Program-made: the position numbers and the translations under genes | Notes under the pieces: model-generated | Seen by the model: the letters and a program-made list of their open reading frames with translations, nothing else | Told to the model about the DNA's origin: nothing | Databases searched by the model: none | Assembly: GCA_951406725.2 (NCBI GenBank) | Contig: OX597815.1 | Span: 93,992,001 to 94,056,000, forward strand | Length of the DNA stretch: 64,000 bases | Direction: 5' to 3' | DNA from: Octopus vulgaris | Lineage: Eukaryota | In this document: piece after piece, positions 50,810 to 64,000 of the stretch | Position numbering within the stretch: position 1 is the first letter of the stretch | Layout of the letters: each line of letters opens with the position of its first letter

Positions 50810-53654
50810 TATGGTATAAAATAGTGTATTGAGTTGCATTCATTTACTCCAAGTAAATTAACTGTTCAAAAAATGTCACACCGAAACAGTACTTGTGTGG
50901 ATATGATCATTTAAAATCTTTCAATGCAGTGCCATAGTATGGCCACACTCCAGTGACTCAACAGAAAATACAAACACCTTGACATATTAGAAACTAAGTA
51001 GCTATTCCGAGATATTAGAATATTAGTTATTCGCTAACGTAATTGGTTGGCTTCTAAGATGATGGCTAATAATTAAATGGCCAAGCTTTGTACATCTAAA
51101 TATATTTTAAGTCTTTTCAAAAGATTGCTTACTCAGTTTGTTACTAACTTTCATAATCATTTTATAAAACAAAAAAGTTAGAAAAATAAAAAGAGATTGA
51201 TCTAAAGGATTAAAGATTTAAAAATTATTCTTTCTGTAATCTTAAGAGAGAATTAGCATTATCTGAAGATATAAAACTAATGTACAACTACAACACCACC
51301 ACTTCTGTCTCAACAAGTAAAAATGAAATTCATATTACTATTATACAAATGACAACGGAGACTGACTTGAGAGCTGTAGTCCTTTTTATTACTTAGTCAT
51401 AGAATGTTCTACACAAGATAAGCAAAGTGTACCAGACAAGATTTGAACTTGATGATAAAAGCAAAAAGAAAAATCAAAATAAAACACTCCACTACATACT
51501 CACAGAGACAAGTTGTTAGTAAAAATGAGTTGAAAACAACTATTGGTTAAATTGACAAACTGTTCTGGCATTCTACCTACTGATAAATTTCTAGAACTAT
51601 TGGTAATTGAAATGTCATATTAGATAGGGAAATCATTGTGAAAGAATTCAGAACAGAATGACAGAAGATTGTAAAAGAGTTCATGAAAACAGTAAATCAC
51701 AGAATGTAAATGGAGAGCAAATCATTGTATATCCTGTTGTGATACAACGCTTGGAGCATTGAAAAGTGATTCATTTGGATCATCTAACAAACAAAATGCT
51801 AACTATTAAGTATTTACTATTTAAATAGCTATGTTTCATAATAGCATTTATAGCTATGTACATCATATATATATATATATATATGTATATATCTCATTTA
51901 TAGACATATAATATATAGCAATAAATAACTTTATAGTTCGATCATTTATGACTGTATATACCAATTATATAATGTATATAAGTTAGGTCATGCTCTATCT
52001 AATACTGGCACCATACAACCTTGCACAATCAGTTTAATGGTTGGGTGGTTGGGGACTAAATATCCTCCCAACTCACCTAATTTACAGAGTGTAGAGGACA
52101 CTCATCAAGATTAAAAATAAAACCTGTCAAATGGAGGGAGAATTCCTTATGGAGGAGCCAATGGCATTTAATGAAGAGAAGACTGGTGCCAACAGGTTCC
52201 CTGCACACTGAAATATGTACATTTACAGCTAGCTAAGGCTATGGGTTTTGGCTAGAATACACAGCATTTATAACCAAATTATACAGTATTTAAGCAACTT
52301 CTATTAAGGGGTTGCCCAATTATCTAGAAACATTAGCCAAATCTGTCTCCTATCATACAATTTGGAAAAAAAGGAAAAAACAACCCCAAAAGATATGATC
52401 ATGGTTGGAAGGCTTTTGATCAGAAATCAGCCGAATAAGGGTCAAACGTGCTTTTGGTAGTTAGTATACCCTTAGTGGCAAGAGGGTCACAAAGTGTTAA
52501 AAAAAACCCAAGAAACACTGACAGAAGAAATAGAAGTCATAGCGAAAAGCAATGATATGCAGCATCCACACAGCATGGCGTTGTTAATTCATAATATGTG
52601 CAAATGAACAAAAGGTTCAAAATGATCTCAAAACTCTCTTTTTCCCCATTTTATATTCATTTTCCTTTAGTATTGATGATAGTATTTGTAAATTTGGACA
52701 TCTTAAATATTATTTCTCTCCACCATCTCAACTTTTAAGAAAAATCATAAACGAAGAAGTAGGCCAAAGAGCAGACAAAATAATTACAGCAAACTTTGAA
52801 CTCATGATCATGTAGTGCATTTATAGTCATTTACTTTGCTGTAAATACACATAGTATTCAATATTTATACAACAGTCTAGAATTTCATGATGCCCTAAAT
52901 AGAAGTCATGAATTAGGTGTAGATAAGTGCAATTTTATTAGCTCTTAAGATATGAGAAACAGCACTATAATTATAATTCTTGAAGGAAAAATGCATAATA
53001 TATTAACTTTCCTGAACATAAGATAAAAAAACTGCAGACAAAACTCCAAAAATTCCAAAATAATAGAGGAAGTTTTTAAAATGCAATTAATAATAAATTA
53101 CTATTTAATCACATGTGATGAATCTAGACTTTAAAAATGTCAAAGCAGAACCTAACTTATAGCTACATTAATACACACATACTCTTAATTAGCAGATAAG
53201 ATGAATGACTGACCCTAAGAGACCAGCAGTAAGTACAACCATATCACATCTTAAAATATATGGTAACTGACCTTAACAGTTGGCAGGCAATATCTGCCGC
53301 TAAGCAGTTCTGCATTTACAAGAGAACGTTGAAACTGATACTCTAGATAAGAGTTTCCAGGAAAATTAAGAAACTGAGTACTTTTTTTTTTTTTTAAATA
53401 TTTGTACGATGGTTTTAAGTATGAGCAACCTCATCATCATCATCATAATAATTCCAAGTCTCACTACAAACATTATTCTGTGGAACCCACCTCCCTAGTA
53501 CAGTATATTAAACTATTCTTGACTTAACTTGCCTTAAAATAAAAGATTAAAAAATCTACCTCTATTTCATGTATCAGTAAAAAGAATAGCTGACAGGAAA
53601 AACAATTGCTCTAAATAAAATAACATTTAAAAAGAAATTCCAGCATAAGTAAAG

Positions 53655-53985
53655 GCATAGTGTGTGGTAAAGAGGTTTCACAACCATGTGGTCTTGGGTT
53701 CAAACATACTACATGGTACATTGACCAAGTGTCTTCTATTACAGCCCTGAACCTTGTGAGTGAATTTGGTAGATGCAAACTGTGTAGGAGCCTGTTGTGT
53801 GTTTGTGTGTGTTAGTGTTTGTTCTCCACCTACTTTAAAACTGTGTTGGTTTGTTTACATCTCTGTACTTTAATGATTCAATGAAAGAGACTGATAGAAT
53901 AAGTACCAAACTTAAGGGGGAAAAAAAGTAATGTGTCAATCTATTTGAATAGCCCTACAATGCAGTAGTCCAATGACTGAAAGAC
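53655..53985 (+). mobile_element. CORE-like tRNA SINE
   Basis: Same organisation as 58078-58460: tRNA head, ACATTGACCAAGTGTCTTCTATTA core, TG tract, shared tail. Confidence 0.75.
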
Positions 53986-54385
53986 AGAGAAAGCTGGTAA
54001 AATAAATGTACAACGAAAATGCAAATTAGTGTCTGATTTACTAAATCATCTGCTTAAAATCTAGGGGTACTAACTCTTAAATTATACCCAATGAATTGCT
54101 CAGGGTCATGGTCACAATCACAACAAATTTAATTAATGGTATTCTATTACAATAATTTAGTAACATCAGATCACAAGTTAGTACAATCAGGGCTATCTTT
54201 GGGGTTAAAAACATCTTAGGCTACAGTTACCTCCAGGTCCAGTTGTAAGAACCTTTACACTTTTGGCCACTTGACTCTCCCACTTATTATACAATTGATT
54301 AACATTTGATGGCATAAAAGACAGGGGCATATTAGAGACATCTTAATTTCAGCAGCACACATTTAGAAAGGAAGTCCTTAGAGCA

Positions 54386-54592
54386 TTAACTCTTTATCAT
54401 TCAGATTACTTTGGCAAATGTAAAGCATGGTTTTGAATGAAAAATGCATATCTTGTAGTTTCAAGATTTTGATTACATTATTTTAAAAATGACATTGTAG
54501 AATAAGTGTGGGAGGTTAGATCTGGCTGGTTTGAACACAAAACAAGTAGAATATTTGGGCCAGATATGCGTATTTAAATGCTAAAGGGTTAA
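54386..54592 (+). mobile_element. piggyBac-like MITE family A, copy 6
   Basis: TTAA-CTCTTTATCATT...AATGCTAAAGGG-TTAA. Confidence 0.8.
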
Positions 54593-56771
54593 TGTAATAT
54601 AGGCCCAACTTTGCATATAGTACCAGGGGTGGGGGTTTTTTTTTGAGACATAGTTTAGCTGGAGGGGGGGGGGCTGCATCGTATATGCTGCCAAATACAG
54701 TACTTAGCACTTGACTGTGTCAGCTACAAAACCACAGTGGAATTTCAAAACTGATAATTAAGGATAACAAAAAAAAGTGACAGTATTGATGTCCTGATAA
54801 TTACAATCATCAAATCACTAGTGCATTATCAATATTTCAGATCAGATGAGAGAAATAGTAGTTTGGTGAGTATTGAAACAGTTAACATTGAAAATGATTA
54901 GTAAGGTAAACCTGTAAATCATGTTAACTTTATTGATATAACTAATAGTAACATGCATATTAAGTGGAACACTAAATATATTTCCCTAAATTCCTGAAAT
55001 AAGCTGCTGAATTAAATAGGAATTGCCCAATATTTCCTCTCACATTTTGTTTTAAAGAAAACTTTTTGAAATATAAATAAAAAATGTTTCATATTTGCTG
55101 TTCTTCTCAATGCTTTATGAGTCCATGTCAGCTAAAATAGCTACCTGCTCTTTAATTCTGATACAGATGTTAGAATTTATTATTTCCTTAATATAAATGT
55201 GAAAGAATTTTTTTTTTTATATCCCAACATATTTTTTACATGTTCACATAAAAGGAATATTCTTTTGAGGCAATATCCACAGGCTTCCAATCAACAACCG
55301 ATTCATAAATATTTATATTTTTTGAACAATGCAAGTATGAATTTACAATATAAAAAGTATGTTACCAGTGGTCACTTGTTCTATTAATACCCACTCATTT
55401 TGTGGGAAACTAAGACAACAGATCATTGTATAAAAATCAATATCTTGATTGTCTATGTATAAACTTCATCATACAAAACACACACACACACACACACAGA
55501 AATATTTACTATGTTTATGAAGATAGTATTTCAACCTAAGTTTAGCCATGGTGACTAAAACAAAAACCAAAATCAAATATTTAAGATATCAAACTATTGA
55601 ACCAAATATCAATTGTTTAACCTCTGGCAAAACATCATATTATATAGATGACTTAGCCTTCCATTCTGTCAAGATCAATAAGTACCAAGCTTATACTGAA
55701 ACAATTTATCTATCCTCTCATCCTCAATATATTTATCTAACTGGAAAATAAAGACCAGATCTTGTCAATAATTGTAGGTTATCCAGGACAAGAGAGGTCT
55801 CAGACAACCAGTGCCAAAGAAATTGGAGTTCAGTACAGCTTCTGTGGAACCATAATACATTATGTAATAAGACGTTAATCTGAAGCCTTGAACTACTTTA
55901 ACACCATAGCAGAGTGGGTTGTCACAGGGAAGGGCAACAAGATAGGTGAACATCTGCCCCAACGACTTAACCAACCATGCAAGAAAACAAAAATATACAC
56001 ATGGAAAACGTTTCAATAATTTAGAGAAGGAAGGATAATGCCCATGACTTTTTTGAAGACCTGTAATTGGTAAGACAAAATTGGAAGTGATGCTTAGACT
56101 AGAGACTGGACCAGAATGCTTACAACAGAGAGAACTTTGCTAAAGGCAACCAAAAACCAGCCATGCTTGTGCCTATGCTGGAAAAAAAAAGAAAAGAAAG
56201 CCCCTCAGCATTTTAATTCACTATCCATTAAGCCAGAAAGGGACACAACCTACAGCTTCAAAAATGAAGATAGATGTTTGAAGTCCTAAATTGGTAGGTA
56301 ATATGCCAAACAATGATGGGACGGCAATAGCTAGAACGACAAATCAAATTTAATACTACAAAATAGGGGGAAGTTTAGATAGTTGCTCTACCTGCTGGAA
56401 AATTACAGCCAAATCTTCCCCCAAATCACACACTGTCTTAAAATCAACTGGGGGCAGAACATGTTTAACCCAAACCAGTACAATATACATCCATATATCT
56501 TGACCTGAATGGGTGGTTGAACTCTTAGGTCAGAGTAAAACAGCTGACATGCTACTACGATACAACTAACAACTATGAACAGTGTACCAATGTGCAGTGA
56601 TACCAGTTAATCTAATTTCAAATAAAACTAATAGGAACATTGTGATTGGGTCACAATGTTCTAAGATTCAATGCTGTTACTTAAACTAGAAATAACAGCC
56701 AATCACCTCCCAAATCCTATTCTACCATTTTAAAAAGTAGGAGAGAAGAGGCTATGTTGGATAAGGTAGTC

Positions 56772-57000
56772 TTAACCCATTAAGTCCCAGAGTACTTAAA
56801 TTATTGAATATTACTTTAAATTTTTTTACAGATGATTGAAAATAGGTTAAAATGAAAAAAAATTATTATTAAAACTCCTTTCAAGTAGAAATGGAAATAC
56901 TCAGTATCCTATAAATAGGACACTGAGACAATGTGATATAGCTTATTTAATGTTCTCATTTAGTGTCCTATTTATAGGACAGTGGGACTCAATGGGTTAA
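56772..57000. mobile_element. piggyBac-like MITE family B
   Basis: TTAA-CCCATTAAGTCCCA...TGGGACTCAATGGG-TTAA. Internal perfect 18-bp inverted repeat at 56907-56924 / 56962-56979. Confidence 0.85.
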
Positions 57001-58077
57001 ATACACTAGATTGGGGGTGGGAGTGGTTTAAGCAGTTACTCCACAAACTCAGGCCTCCTGCCAAAATTTAAAATTATTTTGTGTATTGCATGATTGAAAA
57101 ATTGTCAATTTTCAGTGTGCAATAACAAAAATCAAGAATGCTAAAATGTACCCAACTAAAACACCATTTACAAATCAAGTAGAAATTTGGCTTCAACTAT
57201 TCTAAAACAGATGTGCAAAGCAATTTAAGTAAAACAGACAAATCTTCAAAAAAACATTCAGCATGCCAAAAGAACATATCACCAGGACATACACACACAG
57301 CCATGCTAGTGAAAATCTATCCAGCTTGTTAGACACGAAAATAACTCACTCAGGAATTTTCAAAGTGCTTTTAAGTCTGCCAGTACACACCATTATATCT
57401 CTTCCTCTGACTCTTCCTCCTCAATTATTTACACCCAATAAATAATTAAAGAAACTCAGAAAGAACTGAATGAAAACTGCTCAAAGCCAACTGCATAGTC
57501 TCTATGTGATTTCTCAACTCTCTAGAAAGTGCAGTGAATATCTATCATATCACAATCTGGTGTTTAAAAAAAAAGGGAGGAGGGAGCTCTACCTTTGAGC
57601 AAAGGTCTGCTGAATAATGGTTAAGAAAAATGATTGGCTATACTAATAATTATACTAATGAAGGCAGTGGATTGGAAGAATTGTTAAAATACCTGAGAAA
57701 ATACCTTGTAGAATGTGCCCTCAAGATATGTGGAATTACACCTTACATGAAAAATGGGTAAGTGTTAGTGACAGGAAAGGCAACCAGAATATAAGGTAAA
57801 AAAAATATATTTTTGGTTTCCAGTAATGAAAAAACAGTTTAGGCAAACTAACTGCTATAGAACTATTTAAGAAATGTATTAGTAATGAACACTACTGACA
57901 AGTTATACACTGAACTTATAGTCATATTGTTACAATGACTATTACTGTTGAAAAATGATATGTCACATATTGGAACCATGGTTTATGTGGTTTTAAGGAG
58001 TTAAAAAAGTAAAAAATTGAGGCAAATAAACAACACCCAGGGGGATCAGAGCAACTTTTGCACAACGTAATTCTATA

Positions 58078-58460
58078 GCTGGGTGGTTAAGAAGCTTGCT
58101 TTGCAACCCTGTGGCTTTAGATTCAGTCTCATTGCACAGCACTTTGAGCAGTTATTTTCTATTATAGCCCTAGGCTGACCAATGCCTTGTGAGTGACACT
58201 AATAGAATGAAACTGTATGGAAGCCTGTTGTATAAATGTACAAACATATGTGTGTGTGTGTGTGTGTGTGCATGCATGTCCCTCACCAACACTTCACAAC
58301 CAGTGCTGGTTTGTTTATGTCCTTATAACTTAGTGGCTCTGCAAAAGAGACCAATAGAATAAGTACCAGACTTAAAATAAGCATGGGTTGATCTGTTCAA
58401 CTAAACTCTTCAGGGCAGTGCCCCAGCATGGCAACAGTCCAATGACTGAAACAAGTAAAG
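58078..58460 (+). mobile_element. CORE-like tRNA SINE with internal (TG)n
   Basis: tRNA-like head GGTGGTTAAGAAGCTTGCTTTGCAACC..ATTCAGTCTCA, core GCACTTTGAGCAG, tail CCCAGCATGGC.ACAGTCCAATGACTGAAACAAGTAAA. Fragments also near 720, 13500, 27790, 39130, 47100 and 60600. Confidence 0.8.
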
Positions 58461-61034
58461 GATGTCACAGATTATCACAGTAAACATCACAAACTGTGTC
58501 TCAAACATATTCTCATTAAACATGACTCATACTAAATGAAAAGGTGTATATAATACACACACACACACAGAGTCATGTCAAAATGGCGAAAATTAGGCAT
58601 TCAGTAAATACATATAAAAATATGCAGTGGTGTGGGATATGACTGACTAAAACCCTTGAAGGTAGTGGTGTCCCAGCATGTCTAAAAAGAAGAGAGATAG
58701 AGATGTTTCAAATAAGCACTGGATTAGATCATTTTTGTGAAGCTCTGAAACAGCACAATAATTTCTATACAATTTATTACTATTAAATGTACCAAATACC
58801 ATCACACCTGACTTTTTTTGGTCTTCCTTTCTAAATATACTAACAATATGATTTAACTAAGAAAACTAGTTTGGCTATTACAAAACATTTTTTTTTAATA
58901 TTTGCACAAAAAAAAAAAAAAAATCCTGAACATTTTTGAAACATTTTTGTCAATAACATTGAGTTATTTTGTTACCTTCATTTCAGAATTCACATAACCA
59001 AAAAACTATGTAGAAGGAGAAATATTTACAGAACAAGGAAATTACATTCAAACAATATGCAATTCTGATTTATTTTATATCTCATTTGGAGAACAATAGC
59101 ATTGTTAGTTACAAGTATCCAAAAGGTGAATAACTAGTTCACTGCATTTCTGACAGCAAGAATGACAAGAGTTTACCAATGCAAGGAAGCATTGGGTTTT
59201 CAATTTTTGAAAATATATATTACGCTATATACATACACACACCTATACATACACACCAAACTTCATTTACAACACGCAAGTCAATCTAAGGTGCTATATA
59301 GAGAGAAGAAATCTGTAAATGATATGGCTGTGAAACCACACAACCATTTGCTAACTAGACAGCATAGTGAAGACCTGTAGAAGTGAGCACAAGAACAAAG
59401 TATCTTTTGTAGAAAAAGGGATAATCAACTCCAGGATATTATTGGTACTTGAGCAATCCAAGAGAGATAAAAAAAAAAAAATTAATTACTGCAGTGTGAC
59501 AAGAGGTGACTGATGGTCTGTTGGAAGAGATTTCCACTAACTCTAGGAGGAGTCAATTAGTCTTCAGTGAAATTAAAGAAACAAAACAATTTGCCAAAAC
59601 ACCAGTGTAATAATACATTACTAGTGAATAGGATAGCAAGGACTAGTAAGTAGATAATACGAGTTGCAAGTAACCACAAGATGAGGAAACTGCAAGTGAC
59701 AGACTGTAAACAAAATGTACAGTAAAGTTTTGAGATAATGGTATCCAGAATGACAGAAAGCCAAGCAGCATTTTTGAAAATTGTAATAAACATGTATTTG
59801 TCACCCAGCACTAGTGCTGTAGGATTATATATCATTGTTTAACATCTGTTTTCTCTGCTGGCATGGGTGGGAGGGTTTGACAAAAATTGGCAAGTCTGAA
59901 GACTGCACTAAGCTCTGCTGTCAGTCTTGGCATGATTTCTATGGTTGGATGCCCTTCCTAACAAGCTACTTTGGAGTGTACTGTGTGCTTTTTACATAGT
60001 ACCAGCAGTAGAGGTCACCAAATAACATGCAGGACAAGACCCCTCAACTGGTGGGAGTAGTACTGAGGGATAGAAAAGGTGTCCTGCATTAGACGTTTAT
60101 CAAGGCTATCTCAGAAAGAGGGAAATGAAGATGGTTAGCATGTGACAAGAGAGTGGAGAGGGGCCATATATCCAAGTTACAGGGTGGTGTTTATAGTGAA
60201 GTGAACTGAGGGGTGTGGATTTGGATAGGGTGAGTTATGATCACAAAAGACTGGGAGTTCGAGGTGGGAGAATGTTATGGGGAGGGGTCGCACACTTGTA
60301 GAGGGAGGAAGTCATGTTGTGGGGAAGAGGATTTAACAAGGGCATGTTGTGTGCAGGTAGGTAGATACATGAGGAAGAACGTAAGGGAGTGGAAGACAGT
60401 GGAGCATGTGTGGGCTGAGGGAGAGGGATGAAGTTTACTTAGCTGAGTGGGTCTTCTTAAGCACAACAAATCGCCAGTTGTATTGACCCTGCACTTTTTG
60501 TTTACTGCACATTTAACAGTTAATAAAATGGTATTTGTTATACTATATCCACATTATTTACAAAGCATATGTATTAAAAGTTTTAAAATCCAACACAAAA
60601 AAAAAAACCATGCCCCAGCATGGCTACAGTCTTAGGGCTGAAACATGTCAAAGAATAAAAGATTCAACAGCATTTCAAATCTAAAGTTGCTGTTATTTGG
60701 GAAATTTCCTGCAACTTCAGTTTTAAAACTGTCTCCCCTATTTCCTTGTTTGGTACATTGTTAGTAAATGGTTTAACAGTATGTCTCTACGATGTTACTT
60801 TATCGTAATAGCAGTTTTAGGTTGAATGGTCATAATCTGCTGTCAGGGGAATTGAGGGATGGATGCAATAGTAAATAGATTTGCTGTTAATAAAATTATC
60901 TGCTGTAATTAGAGAATCATAATTTACAAATGTTTTATTAGATTATCAGGTAGAGTTTAAACCTCCTTCCTCTGAAATTAAAGTAATGGTAAAGCACTAT
61001 TATATCATTCTTTCAATTATTATATTAGTATTCA

Positions 61035-61250
61035 GTGGTGAGCTGGCAGAATTGTTAGCACACTGGACAAAATGCTTAGTGGTATTTCACCTGTCGCTAC
61101 ATTCCGAGTTCAAATTCCGCCATGGTCAACGATACCTTCCATCCTTTTGGGGTTGATAAATAAAGTACCAGCTGAGTACTGGAGTCAACATAATCAACTA
61201 CCCTCCTCCCCAAATTTCAGGCCTTGTGCCTATAACAGAAAGGATTATAT
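61035..61250 (+). mobile_element. Full-length tRNA-derived SINE (Nin/Deu-like central domain)
   Basis: A-box GAGCTGGCAGAATTG, B-box GAGTTCAAATTCC, central CCTTCCATCCTTTTGGGGTTGATAAATAAAGTACC, tail GGCCTTGTGCCTATAACAGAAAGGATTAT. Confidence 0.85.
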
Positions 61251-61499
61251 TAGTCCTCAGCAGTGTCCTGTAAGAAAAGACTCTGTAAGACTTCAATGGA
61301 AATCTCTCTCTCTCTCACACACACACAAAAAATTTCGTACAATACTTATTCTAGTAGCTAGACAGAAAAAAAAAAAAAAAAAAAAATTACAACCATTCTT
61401 GCATGGAATGGATAGGTCTTCTCCAATACAATTTGCAGTTATGGAACTCTTCATCCCTTTGATCCACTTAATGCAGTACATTAGCACACTTTCAGCATT

Positions 61500-62500
61500 T
61501 CCCTTGCTACATATATCTGGTGTTTAGTTTCCCTTCCAGCTATCTGATATATTTTTCCTACTCTCCTTCTATTATCCAATCTTTCTAAATATAGTATTTA
61601 GGGTACTAACTACTGTATCATTCCACTATCATAACATTCTGTTTAGCTAGAACAGTGTTTCATCTACTAGTCTCTGACTTGCAGAAACTTTCAGTTCTAA
61701 GTCTATCTCCCCCCCCCCACTCTTGTTTTATGCATCAAATAGTACTTCTATGAACCTACATCTAACTGAAGAATGTTTCAACTTTCATAGCTTGTCTTGT
61801 GTCCATCTAACTCCAGTCTTGAGGTTGCTAATCACTAGTTTTTGTTGAGCAATATTCTCGACCAAGGAAGGACTAGTATTCATAATCAGCTGCCTATCCC
61901 GTTTCCTAGTTAGCATAAAATCTGTTTGAATGAGTGGTGATTAGGTGACCAGCAAATTTCCTGAAGTTAATATTGTAAATGGTTAGGTCAGTTGCATTAT
62001 AGATCTTAGAGGCTTGATCCTTCTTAATTTCTTATCCTATAGCCTAATGCATATTTTTATAGCCATAATGACATTACCCAATGTCTTCATTGAAGTCGCC
62101 AGTTGTGATAAGGTTACTGTCTTTTATCAAGGTGGTCTGCGAGAGGATTTCATAGTAACAGGCCTATGACTCATCTGTCAGTTCTGACTGTGGTGCATGT
62201 ACAGAGATCACTGTTGTATTATCCAAGAATACCTAAAATTATATTGTCATTTTCTGACTACCTCAATTACTTGATCCATTTACAGTCAACAATAAGCTTA
62301 CTCCACCCACCCTGTGACTGTTACCTTCATCCCCCCCCCCCCCGCAAGGAGTGTGATGAGTTTCCCCCAACACTTTACCTTTTGTATACAGTACACATCT
62401 ACTTGCCTCCACTGTAGCATCTCTACAATCTCTTTCTATGTATCAATATTAGTAGTAGGTGTCTTAAGTTTTGCAACTGATAGGATGAGTAAAGTTTCGG
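61500..62500 (-). mobile_element. Decayed RTE-clade LINE, AP-endonuclease domain
   Basis: Minus strand reads EIVEMLQWRQVDVYCIQKVK (~62430), GDFNEDIG (62100-62077), FRKFAGHLIT, QTDFMLTRKRDR and KLVISNL, which are APE motifs in the correct order. Confidence 0.8.
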
Positions 62501-63586
62501 CTGATGGGTGGCTTGTTTGACTGTCATTTTGAAATAAATTCTTTCAGTTACTTATCAATAATGGAAGTAAAGCTATGCACATGTATGCAGCATGTGATAG
62601 CAACATTTGAAAATTGAGAAGTTAGTATACCTAAAATAAAACAAAACTAACACAACTACATGAAATAAAGTTTAAAAGTTAACCTGGGAGATAATGGTGC
62701 TGCTATAGAACAAGAATTTGAAACTTCGGGGTTTTTATAACAGTAGTATAGAAGAAAATAAAGTTTGACAGTAGAGATGGTGACAGGTTTAATGTTACAC
62801 CACAGCACTACAAAAATGAAGTGGCTTAAAATGGGTGAAGGACAAACCCTTGAAGTATTAAGGAATAAAAAAAATCTAAATTAAAAAAGAAGACTATAAA
62901 GTCTTGCAGGAGAACAATTAGAAAATGAAAATATGGGTGCTTTATGAAATCTGTCATGGAGCATAGTTAATTAATTCATAATAAATTATAAGCACTACAT
63001 TTCTTAATGTTTATTTGTAAAAATACAGAATGTCCCACAGAAAGAGGGCAAGAGAGAGAGAGAGAGAGGGATGTGTGTGAAACAAACAGGGTGTATAAAA
63101 AGAGATTAACAAATTCAACATATTCACAATAGTATAATGTCACTGCTATTAATTAGTTATGTTATAAAGAATACAAGATAAATCTACACAACAATCAGAT
63201 ATATATAGAAAACATTAAATTTATTTCTTGTAGAATATGCTTACACCAGTCTTTTCACCACCATCACCGAGTGAACACAAAATGACTAGATATTAATGTT
63301 ATCTAAACTCCACCCAAGTCAGCTTTGATAAAACAGACCTATGCTTAAATAGGTTCCAGCCACAAATCTACCACCTTTTTCTCTAATGAGACCTTCCAAT
63401 TTTTGGACAGCAAGGTTTGTCTGACATTTCTACCAGGTTAAGGGGCTGCATAGAGGCTTTTTGCTAGCTTGAATAATTAAATGTTTTTCAGTTATGTAAT
63501 ACAATCAAACCACTGCAAATTAAGGCATTTGCATGCATCATCAAAAGCATGAGCATGGTGTTAAATGTATCAAAGGAAACATTCAT

Positions 63587-63768
63587 TTAACCCATTACTA
63601 TTTAAAGTGGCACATCAAGCCTCTCACACCCATCCTACAAAGTCATTCTAAAAATCAACAGTCACATCATTGAAATCTCAAAGCTACAAGATAATGCATA
63701 ATTAATTCAAAATAATGTGAATAAATAACTTAACATTTGGCAGAGTAATCTGAATGCTATAGGGTTAA
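63587..63768 (-). mobile_element. piggyBac-like MITE family A, copy 7
   Basis: TTAA at both ends; reverse complement of family A with a small deletion. Confidence 0.8.
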
Positions 63769-63937
63769 TAACCAACCAGCACAGCCACAATGATAAAGCT
63801 GAACCCAGTAAAAGAGTGATTTTTGCTCAACTCTTTAACCACCAATCAATCAATCAACCATATACTAAGAAAGTTATCATAATCATCGTCATTACAAGCC
63901 AACAAGACCCTCTGTGGATGCTCAACTTGTTTGAAAT

Positions 63938-63968
<31 letters not shown>

Positions 63969-64000
63969 TGTATTCATGTGTAGATATGTGTGTGCCCACA

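Noticed and set aside
54231-54330. ATG-initiated frame MPLSFMPSN..TTGPG with a phase-1 GT donor as possible WDR77 exon 1
   Set aside because: No resemblance to the recalled MEP50 N-terminus and no promoter-like context; probably chance.
61072-61527. Longest supplied ORF (151 aa)
   Set aside because: Reads through a SINE, CT/CA repeats and a poly-A run; no domain signal.

Overview
AT-rich, microsatellite- and repeat-dense animal genomic DNA. The repeat families resemble those of octopus/coleoid cephalopods (inference). The whole window appears to lie inside one minus-strand gene, WDR77 (MEP50, the WD40 cofactor of PRMT5). Four exons (48819-48634, 36346-36205, 34491-34442, 18340-18270; 186/142/50/71 nt) have canonical AG/GT sites and splice in frame. 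The first exon and the later exons were not found and probably lie outside the window. The long introns hold several tRNA-derived SINE families, decayed RTE and CR1/L2 LINEs, a Tigger/pogo transposase remnant, two non-autonomous Helitrons and two families of TTAA-flanked piggyBac-like MITEs. Most of the supplied ORFs are spurious. The most interesting unexplained structures are: (i) a fold-back array of ~296-bp units carrying a tRNA-like Pol III cassette closed by an extra stem (8.4-9.05 kb); (ii) a 259-bp near-perfect palindrome (15.4-15.7 kb); (iii) an inverted MITE pair bracketing one WDR77 exon; (iv) a pre-miRNA-sized hairpin at 19.7 kb; (v) a CRE + heat-shock-element cluster at 3.36-3.46 kb. 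No prokaryotic-type system such as CRISPR is present.
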